NCBI GenBank assembly: GCA_963664325.2
Contig: CAXXDQ010000007.1
Coordinates: 896,001-960,000, forward strand
Origin: Desulfomonilia bacterium
GTDB taxonomy: Bacteria > Desulfobacterota > Desulfomonilia > UBA1062
Length of the DNA stretch: 64,000 nucleotides
Direction of reading: 5' to 3'
Shown one piece after another: positions 56,537-64,000 of the stretch. Numbering within the stretch: position 1 is the first letter of the stretch; each line of letters begins with the position of its first letter. Position numbers and translations under genes: made by a program. The notes beneath the pieces are model-generated. The model was not told where the DNA came from and did no database searches. It was given only the letters and a program-made list of their open reading frames with translations.

Positions 56537-58159
56537 TCAGGATTTTACAATCAGGCAAGTAATATATCGGGGATTGATTTCATTAACTGACCTGAACCCC
56601 ATAAGCTCCGAGTCAAGACGCCTGCAAAGCTGGCCGACCGCACTGTCTACAACATGGCGTTTTGATTCCGTCACCATTCCTGAAACAAGTTTTTTCAGCC
56701 CGATGATAAAATTCTGTTTCACGCGTCTCTCTTTTTCCTTTATCCCGGTTGCAGTGCTGATGAATGCCGAGAACTCTTCCTGAGAAAGTGGCCGGAAGAT
56801 TATTTTCCCCGAAACAACGTTGAGCGCAACCATCGTAAGTATGATGTTTTCCAGATCCAGTCCTTCAGCGGTGACATTGGCACCTTTTAGATTTGCGCCT
56901 TTGAAATCGATATCTTTAATCATTTCACGCATCAGCTCAAGCCGCCCGATAATTTCATTTGCACCGTCGATATCGTCGATAGTTATAAACCTGTCAGCAA
57001 TCGTTACGGGATATTTTTTAAGCAGGCTCTCGGTAACCTCCCTGCAGGATGAGGGAACCATGTCCTGCCCGATACCTTTCAAACTGCGCCTGAGCCTGTC
57101 CTGGAGTTCCATGAGGGTATTGAAGCCAAGTGAAAAGAACGTCTCGGCTGTCATTGTTTTAAGTATGCCAGGGGCATCCTCTCCCTTATTACGCATGGCT
57201 ACAGAAAGTCCCAGAGACGTCAACGCAGCAGCTTTTTCCGCTGATGTCCTTAACGAACCGATATCGTTGAGCGGTTTGTAATCAGCCATTATGACCTTGT
57301 TGGCGAGATACATCAATTCAAAGGAAAAATTCTCAACAGTCTCCGGATCCGCCTCTGCCATTGCAGATATTAGCAGGCTGCTTCCTGATATCTGTTCATC
57401 GTACAGGGCGGGCAAAAAGAATTTTTCCTCTTCCCGAATAACCGGAATCTGATCTGTTCTCAGCCCTGAAGATATGATTTTCTTCGTGGGTATCCTTGAA
57501 TAAATACCTGATGCCTCTTCCGGAGGTGGGAAACCAAGTTCGGTAAGCCTGATCGAGCGATGGTGAAACGCCGTTTCCTCCAGGGTTGCGGGCAGTTCCC
57601 AGCGTACTCCTTCCAGTATTCTGAAATACATGTCCTGGTTATATATGAAAGCCCTGTCCAGTATGAATCTCAAGAGCTTTGTTTCTTCAGTATCCTCGGA
57701 AAATCTGAAAAAGTAGCTGTTGTCAAAGGTCTCATAACCAGCCTCTGCCAGTTGGGATATATTGTCGTCAGTCGGACTTGTAACAGTCACCTTAAGGTAC
57801 GGGTAGAACAGGAGAATCAACAATTCCAGGTCCAGAACGTTAAGGGCATCCATAAGGGTATCGTCTGCCGCGTTGACGAGTTCGTTCAGCCAGTTGAACA
57901 GGCCCTCAATTGAAGGATTGTCCCCTTTCCAGCAGTCTATATCGATGAATGTTACGATTCTTTCTGGCTTGACGTAAGGGAGAAGAAACTGGCTGTCGCC
58001 GCCAAAGCTTTCCTTGATTATCATATAGGCATCCTGCACAGGTATGTGCTGGAGGATCTCTTCACAATTCGGCGAGTCTATTATCGAACTCGCCCTTTGC
58101 TCTTTAGGGCAGGAGAGTATACGCTTTATTTCCAGTGCAATTTCTTTATCGTCATGCAT
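56537..58159 (-). CDS. DUF6178-like hypothetical protein
   Basis: FIDIDCWKGD, EETA...R..RL.ELGFPP.EEA..IY motifs. Confidence 0.6.
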   Translation of the reverse strand: MHDDKEIALEIKRILSCPKEQRASSIIDSPNCEEILQHIPVQDAYMIIKESFGGDSQFLLPYVKPERIVTFIDIDCWKGDNPSIEGLFNWLNELVNAADDTLMDALNVLDLELLILLFYPYLKVTVTSPTDDNISQLAEAGYETFDNSYFFRFSEDTEETKLLRFILDRAFIYNQDMYFRILEGVRWELPATLEETAFHHRSIRLTELGFPPPEEASGIYSRIPTKKIISSGLRTDQIPVIREEEKFFLPALYDEQISGSSLLISAMAEADPETVENFSFELMYLANKVIMADYKPLNDIGSLRTSAEKAAALTSLGLSVAMRNKGEDAPGILKTMTAETFFSLGFNTLMELQDRLRRSLKGIGQDMVPSSCREVTESLLKKYPVTIADRFITIDDIDGANEIIGRLELMREMIKDIDFKGANLKGANVTAEGLDLENIILTMVALNVVSGKIIFRPLSQEEFSAFISTATGIKEKERRVKQNFIIGLKKLVSGMVTESKRHVVDSAVGQLCRRLDSELMGFRSVNEINPRYITCLIVKS

Positions 58160-58210
58160 CCTGTAGCGGATAGCACAGGCTTAAGGCACCTTCAAGCCTG
58201 CAATAATTTT

Positions 58211-61200
58211 TTATTTGTGCATCATATCTTCGTGATTCATGAAATCTTCTTCACCGAAGAGCTTGCGGTTTATCCAGCGTCTTATCCTTGGTGTATAATC
58301 TTCGACAACATAATATATCGACGGGACAACAAAGAGAGTCAATGCAGTGCTGACCAGAAGACCAAAGCTTACCGAAAGCGCCATAGGAGAACTCGTCTCC
58401 GAGCCTTCCCCCTTTGAGAAGGCCATAGGAATCATGGCGACGATTGCTGTAAGGGAGGTCATGAGAACAGGCCTCAGCCTTATAGTAGCGCCCTGAATAA
58501 TCGCCTGGGTTTTTTCAACGCCGCTGAGCCTCAGCCTGTTTATATAGTCGATCATAACTATACCGTTTTTAACGACTATACCCATCAGAATGATAAGACC
58601 CATTATCGAAGGTACAGACAGGTTGTTGCCTGTTAATATAAGCCCGAGGACAACGCCTATATAGGCAAGTGGCATTGTAAACATGACGATAAACGGCTGG
58701 GACAGAGATTCGAACTGCGCAGCCATGATCATATAGATAAGGACTATGGCTACAAGAAATGCCAGACCGAGTTCCCTGCGGGAGCTCTGCATATCTTCAA
58801 ACTGGCCTCCAACCTCGTAAGAATACCCCTGGGGCATTTTTATCGTTTTTAAAACATTCTGGATATCTTTTGTAATACTCTGGAGGTCTCTTTTGAAATT
58901 TGTTGCACCTATCGTCACAACACGTTCCTGATTTTTTCTGAATATGGAAATAGGACCGTATGTCTTAACTGTTTTCGTGACCTGCGAAAGAGGAATCATA
59001 TTACTTACACCCGGATATGATCCCTGAGCCTTAACGGCAACAGGCGACTGGATACAAATATTGTTTAAATCAGCAAATGACGTGCTCCCTTCATCACTGA
59101 ACTTTACCATAATATCATACTCTTTGCCCCCTTCCCTAAAGAAGGTTACTGTCCTGCCCTGCATGGCCATCTGAACGGCGTCGGCAATATGATAGACGGT
59201 CAGTCCCAGCCTTGCCGCCTCTTCACGGTCGACTTCAATGCGAAGCTCGGGTTTTCTTTTTTTAAGAGATTTTTTAAGGTCTTTAAGCCCGGGGACCGCG
59301 GAAAGTTTTTTCATCATGTTATCACTGATATTATCCAGAACATCCAGATCAGGGCCAAAAATATCGATTGCAATCGGGCTGCTGTCTCCGCCCATAAGGT
59401 TTCCTGCAACATCCTCAAATCTGTAATCGACCCCGCTAAGCTTCGGAAACAGCCCCCTTACTTCATTGACGATAACATCCATGCTTTTTCTACGGTCATC
59501 TTTTTCCTTAAAACGAATCCATACGGTTGCCTTATTGATACCGCTGTCCTGATCGAATTTCGATCCCTGCGTCTGGCCGACAATGCTTACGACTCCGATC
59601 ACTTCAGGCCTGGCCAGAAACAGATTCTCAATCTGTTTCACAACATGATTCGTTTCCGATAGCAGCGAACCTTCTGGGAGCGTTATATGCATGGCGGATA
59701 TCGAATAATCCTGCTTCGGCATAAATTCCCCGCCGATAAGGCCGGTAAGCCCGATGCTGATGACGAGTATTCCAAACGCCCCCCCCACAACAAATTTCTT
59801 TTTATTGAGAGCTGTTGCGAGCAGTAAGGCATATTTATCGTTCATCCTCTTTATCCAGCCCTTGTCATCAATATCCTTATAGACCTCTTTTTCCTTTTTG
59901 AAGAGAGAGGCGGCAATGGCAGGTATTATCGTGAACGCTACGAACAGAGACGCCGCAAGCGCAAGGCAGACCGTGAACGACAGCGGCCTGGCCAGTTTAC
60001 CTGCAATGCCTTTAGCCAGGCTGAGCGGGATGAAAACGGCCATTGTTGTGAATGTGCTTGCCGTAACCGCGAGAACAACCTCTTTTGCACCGTCGATGGC
60101 CGCAATATTCCTGGGCTTGCCCTGCTCCAGATGGCGGAACGTGTTTTCAATGACAACGATTGCGTCGTCAACAACCAGTCCGACTGCCAGAGTCAGCCCT
60201 CCGAGCGTCATAATGTTGAATGTATATCCAAGCAGGTTCATCCCGATGAAAGTGGTTATTATGGAAAGCGGTATTGCAAGACTGATCGCAATAGTCGGCC
60301 TGAAAGCCTTTAGAAATATGAACACTACTAATATGGCTATGATTCCACCGATGACACCGTCTTTGCCTGTATTTGAAATGGAGTTCTTGATTATTTTACC
60401 CTGATTGTAAATCAAAAAGAACTTCACACCAGAAGGTGATGTCTTTTCGATCTCTTTCATTTTCTCCATTACGCCTTCTGCAGCCTTTACCGTATTGGAG
60501 CCGCTTTGTTTCATGACATATAAAATTACCGTAGGTTCGCGGTTCGTACGTTCCTGTCCCCTTATTTCTTTGAACCCGTCCTTCACCTGGGCGATGTCTT
60601 CCAGATGTATTATCTGGCCTTCCTTGCCCATATTTATTGCAATCCCTTTGATCTGATCAATGTTTTCGAAATAGCCGCTTGTCCTGACCATGTATTCTTT
60701 CTGATCGATTACGACATTTCCCCCGGACATGCTCAGGTTGGAAGCAAGGACAGCCTGCCTTATCTGCTCCAGCGATGTATTGGTAGCCTTGAGTTTTGTC
60801 GGGTCAATCAGTATCTGGATTTCCCTTATCTTGCCGCCCCAAAGACCAACCTGTGATATCCCGTCGCATCTTTCGAGCTTTGTTTTGACCGAGCTTCTCA
60901 GATATTCCCTGAGTTCCATTGTATTGGCCATGCCCGTGACACCGTACTCGAGGATCGGCATGTTGGTGATGTTGAATTTCAAGACCATTGGAGTATCTGC
61001 GTCTTTTGGCAGATAATCGGTCACCCAGCTCAGCTTTTCCCTGACATCCTGGGCAGCGGCATCGATATTGGTCCCCCATTCAAACTCGATGGTTATTGTT
61101 GAGACTCCTTCGGATGTGTTTGAACTGAGTTTCTTGACGCCCGCAACACTGCCGACGAATTCTTCTATCGGCCTTGTAACTCCTGTCTCAAGCTCGGCTG

Positions 61201-61366
61201 ATCCCACACCCTGATATGTAGTAACAACCGTAACAACCGGATACTCGATTTCAGGGAAAAGGTCTATTCCCAGGTCTCTGAACGCAAGCAGGCCGAAAAG
61301 GGTTATGATGAGCGTAAACATTGTAATTGCAATGCGACGCTTAACAGAAAATTCAATAATACTCAT
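58211..61366 (-). CDS. RND efflux transporter permease (AcrB/AcrD/AcrF family)
   Basis: DLFPEIEYP, GLVVDDAIVVIEN, GIVVKNGIVMID, RLRPVLMTSLT. Confidence 0.95.
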   Translation of the reverse strand: MSIIEFSVKRRIAITMFTLIITLFGLLAFRDLGIDLFPEIEYPVVTVVTTYQGVGSAELETGVTRPIEEFVGSVAGVKKLSSNTSEGVSTITIEFEWGTNIDAAAQDVREKLSWVTDYLPKDADTPMVLKFNITNMPILEYGVTGMANTMELREYLRSSVKTKLERCDGISQVGLWGGKIREIQILIDPTKLKATNTSLEQIRQAVLASNLSMSGGNVVIDQKEYMVRTSGYFENIDQIKGIAINMGKEGQIIHLEDIAQVKDGFKEIRGQERTNREPTVILYVMKQSGSNTVKAAEGVMEKMKEIEKTSPSGVKFFLIYNQGKIIKNSISNTGKDGVIGGIIAILVVFIFLKAFRPTIAISLAIPLSIITTFIGMNLLGYTFNIMTLGGLTLAVGLVVDDAIVVIENTFRHLEQGKPRNIAAIDGAKEVVLAVTASTFTTMAVFIPLSLAKGIAGKLARPLSFTVCLALAASLFVAFTIIPAIAASLFKKEKEVYKDIDDKGWIKRMNDKYALLLATALNKKKFVVGGAFGILVISIGLTGLIGGEFMPKQDYSISAMHITLPEGSLLSETNHVVKQIENLFLARPEVIGVVSIVGQTQGSKFDQDSGINKATVWIRFKEKDDRRKSMDVIVNEVRGLFPKLSGVDYRFEDVAGNLMGGDSSPIAIDIFGPDLDVLDNISDNMMKKLSAVPGLKDLKKSLKKRKPELRIEVDREEAARLGLTVYHIADAVQMAMQGRTVTFFREGGKEYDIMVKFSDEGSTSFADLNNICIQSPVAVKAQGSYPGVSNMIPLSQVTKTVKTYGPISIFRKNQERVVTIGATNFKRDLQSITKDIQNVLKTIKMPQGYSYEVGGQFEDMQSSRRELGLAFLVAIVLIYMIMAAQFESLSQPFIVMFTMPLAYIGVVLGLILTGNNLSVPSIMGLIILMGIVVKNGIVMIDYINRLRLSGVEKTQAIIQGATIRLRPVLMTSLTAIVAMIPMAFSKGEGSETSSPMALSVSFGLLVSTALTLFVVPSIYYVVEDYTPRIRRWINRKLFGEEDFMNHEDMMHK

Positions 61367-61400
61367 CTATTACCCTCCGGCTTTTTAAGGCGTATCGGCA

Positions 61401-62618
61401 TTATTTGGCATTTGGATAAGAAGCCGGATTTTTCTGCTGCACCGAAGCTGGTGTTTCAGGACCTTTCGGTTGAACAGTCGGAGCCGGTATTGGAGCCTGT
61501 ATTGGAGCCGCTATTTTCTCTTTTGCCTTCACTTCCATACCGTCATTAAGCCCGACCTGTCCTTCGACAACAACAAAATCCCCGGGCTGGAGCCCGCTAA
61601 GAACTTCATACGTGTCATCTCCCTCGATGCCGGTTTTAACAGGCGTTTTTTTCACTTTACCACCGGAGACCTTAAAGACATAAAACCCTTCCTCCCCCTG
61701 TAAAAAAGCAGGTTTCGGGGCATAAATCGCATCATTCCTCGCTTTTTGCACTACCTTTGCCCTGGCGGTCATGCCGCTTCTCAGTTTAAAGTCGGCATTA
61801 TCCATCGTTATTGTTACCTTGAACGTCTTGCTTATTGCATTAATGGACGGGAATACCTTAGTAATGACACCTTCGAAAGTTCTGTCAGGAATAGCATCCA
61901 CCGTGACCATGCATTTGCTCCCGACATCGAGATAGCCGAATGCATCCTCTGAAAGGTCGACTTCCAGTTTGACCTTGCTCATGTTTTCGACAATAAAGGC
62001 CGGCATTGGCGATTGCGGGGCAGAAAGCTCTCCTTCATTGACAAATTTACTTGTTACGGTACCGGAAATAGGGGAAACAACCCTGCATTCGCTGACCGCC
62101 TTTTTCGCATTCTCAACCTGGGCAATGGCTTGCTCCATCTGATATTTGTTCGCTTCAAGCTGGCTTTGGGCATCCTGGTATGACTGCTCGGCTATCGCCT
62201 GTTCCTTGTGAAGGCTTTCTGCCCTCGCAAGATCTCTCTTGCTTTTTTCAACACCGACTTCAGCAAGTTTTGCTACCGCTGCATACCCTCTTACCCCGAG
62301 ATTATATTCAGCGTCGCTCAACTGCATCAGCACTTGTCCGGCGCTAACATTCGAGCCTTCCGAAACATAAATTCTCAACACCCTGCCGGCGACTTTCGGG
62401 ATTACCCTGGCCATATCATTTGCAGCAATTGTTCCCATTGCAGCAAAAGCCTTATGGATGGGACCTCTCTGTACCTTTGATACAATAACCTCGGCCTTGG
62501 AATCATCTGTTTTCTTGTCGTTAGTTTTGGAACTGTCCTCGTTTTTACTGCATGCTCCGAGCACCAGCAGGACAGCACTAACAAGCAAAACCCACCTTGT
62601 TCTGTTCAGGTAATTCAT
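61401..62618 (-). CDS. RND efflux periplasmic adaptor (MFP)
   Basis: Lipobox LGAC, V.EG..V.AGQ.L, SPISGTV, LRSGM. Confidence 0.9.
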   Translation of the reverse strand: MNYLNRTRWVLLVSAVLLVLGACSKNEDSSKTNDKKTDDSKAEVIVSKVQRGPIHKAFAAMGTIAANDMARVIPKVAGRVLRIYVSEGSNVSAGQVLMQLSDAEYNLGVRGYAAVAKLAEVGVEKSKRDLARAESLHKEQAIAEQSYQDAQSQLEANKYQMEQAIAQVENAKKAVSECRVVSPISGTVTSKFVNEGELSAPQSPMPAFIVENMSKVKLEVDLSEDAFGYLDVGSKCMVTVDAIPDRTFEGVITKVFPSINAISKTFKVTITMDNADFKLRSGMTARAKVVQKARNDAIYAPKPAFLQGEEGFYVFKVSGGKVKKTPVKTGIEGDDTYEVLSGLQPGDFVVVEGQVGLNDGMEVKAKEKIAAPIQAPIPAPTVQPKGPETPASVQQKNPASYPNAK

Positions 62619-62628
62619 AATTATTCTC

Positions 62629-63996
62629 CTAAAGGGTTCCCATTGCAGCTTTCAATTTTGCAACTGACTCTGCATATTCAGCCCTGGCCGAGATATAATC
62701 GATCCTTGACTTGTCCAGCATGGTCTGCGCATCCAGGACATCTGTGGATGTGCATGCCTGAAGATTATACCTGTGCTTCTGAATCCTGAGGTTTTCTTCT
62801 GCCTGGTCTATTGCCTTTATACCGACTTCCATTTTCGCCTTTGATGCAAAAGCCGTTTGATACGCATCTTTAACCTCAAGGATAACTTCATCGGTCTTTC
62901 TCTGTTTTTCCAGTAAAGCCTGAGATTGTCTTGCGTTTGCCTTTGCAACATTGGTATATGCAGTACCGCCTTCCACAAGCTTCCCGAAAAGCGTCCACTC
63001 CAATCCCACACCAATAGTCCACTGTTTGTTTACAACATCCACATCGGGACCTGATCTTTCATACTTGTATGTCGCAGCCACACGCGGTGCATACCCGCCT
63101 TTGGCTGCCTTGACTCCCTTTGCTGCGGTTTCCATATATATATCGAGTTTTTTAATCTCCTGACGATTATTTTTGGCGATTTCAATCGCTTCTTCCAGTG
63201 TTTCCTCAATCGGCGGCGTCTTAATATCATTGTCAATAATGACCGGTTCGGAAATGGGTCTCGCCATCGCAACATTCAAACCTGACTCCGCCTTATTTGC
63301 CATATTTTGAACAGTTATAAGATTCTGTTCGGTTTCAGCAAGTTTTACTTGAGCCTGAAGGACATCATTCTTTGCAATAACCCCTGCCTTGAAGAAGGCC
63401 GTCGCCTGATTCAGGTGCGCCTGAACTGAGGCTACCGCAGCTTTTGCGACATCGACTCCCTGCCTGCTGGCGATAACACCGTAATAGGTTTCAATCACTT
63501 TGACCTTCAGATCACGAACCGCTTTCTGAGTTTCCAGATCCGATGATTTCACCCCGTCTTTGGCCATCTGGTAATTCTGGTAAAGAGAGCCTCCAGCGAA
63601 TAACACCTGCGTGATCACCAGTGAAGCCGAGTGGTTATCCTGAGTACCCACCGGAATACCCTGGCCAGGGATATAAGCGAGAAGAGGCCTTCGAGTATCC
63701 CAGTCAAGGGCTATATTTCCGTTGCTGTCAAAACGGGGAGGACTCTGATCGTTTAGAACCGGAAGATACAGATCTTCACCTATCTGCAATGCCGGGACTT
63801 CATTCAAACGATAATAACCGTAATTAACCTTGACCTGGGGCAGCATCATCATCAGGGCTTCGTTCTTTTCCATTTTCCTTACAGTTACTTCTTCTTCAAT
63901 CGCTTTAATGCCCGGATAATTGCTTACAGCCACTTCCAAGGCCTGCTCGACAGTCATTATTTCCTGTGAGAATGCCTCTCCTGCAATCATTACCAT
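62629..63996 (-). CDS. TolC family outer-membrane efflux protein (5' end may lie beyond the window)
   Basis: Q.LFAGG, G......DVLQAQ, A.ENLR....RY, DVLDAQ. Confidence 0.85.
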   Translation of the reverse strand: MVMIAGEAFSQEIMTVEQALEVAVSNYPGIKAIEEEVTVRKMEKNEALMMMLPQVKVNYGYYRLNEVPALQIGEDLYLPVLNDQSPPRFDSNGNIALDWDTRRPLLAYIPGQGIPVGTQDNHSASLVITQVLFAGGSLYQNYQMAKDGVKSSDLETQKAVRDLKVKVIETYYGVIASRQGVDVAKAAVASVQAHLNQATAFFKAGVIAKNDVLQAQVKLAETEQNLITVQNMANKAESGLNVAMARPISEPVIIDNDIKTPPIEETLEEAIEIAKNNRQEIKKLDIYMETAAKGVKAAKGGYAPRVAATYKYERSGPDVDVVNKQWTIGVGLEWTLFGKLVEGGTAYTNVAKANARQSQALLEKQRKTDEVILEVKDAYQTAFASKAKMEVGIKAIDQAEENLRIQKHRYNLQACTSTDVLDAQTMLDKSRIDYISARAEYAESVAKLKAAMGTL

Positions 63997-64000
63997 GAAA

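Noticed and set aside
61480-61512. 12-bp tandem repeat
   Set aside because: It only encodes a Pro/Ala linker (APIQAPIPAP) in the MFP tail.

Overview
64 kb from what looks like an anaerobic deltaproteobacterium (Desulfobacterota/Syntrophales-like; inferred from gene content only). 1-23.5 kb is a patchwork of accessory metabolic genes: an MFS transporter, a multiply frameshifted C45 peptidase, an HlyD remnant next to an orphan Cys-repeat RiPP-like precursor, three URO-D/MtaA-like methyltransferases (one fused to a corrinoid domain), GH105, Sel1 and 4Fe-4S proteins. 22.9-26.5 kb is punctuated by GGGGTC-tagged inverted repeats around single genes. One of these is an orphan 329-aa gene whose upstream region shares a bipartite motif with the T6SS upstream region. 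26.5-45.8 kb is a minus-strand type VI secretion cluster (unknown Cys-rich protein, TagH-C-like, tssJKLM, tagF, tagJ, tssABC, hcp, tssEFG) with no clpV, vgrG or PAAR in the window. It is interrupted by a cupin-GNAT gene and by an AT-rich four-helix-bundle gene. That gene is bracketed by inverted arrays of the heptamer AGTGGTG, a duplicated tssE 3' end and a frame-shifted surrogate tssF start; this is the most striking unexplained structure. 46-64 kb holds housekeeping-type genes (enoyl-CoA isomerase, M24 peptidase, amidohydrolase, FGGY kinase, tatA, MMPL pair, ilvE, RND efflux triad). No rRNA, tRNA, CRISPR array, integrase, transposase or reverse transcriptase was recognised. All family calls come from motif recognition by eye, not database searches.
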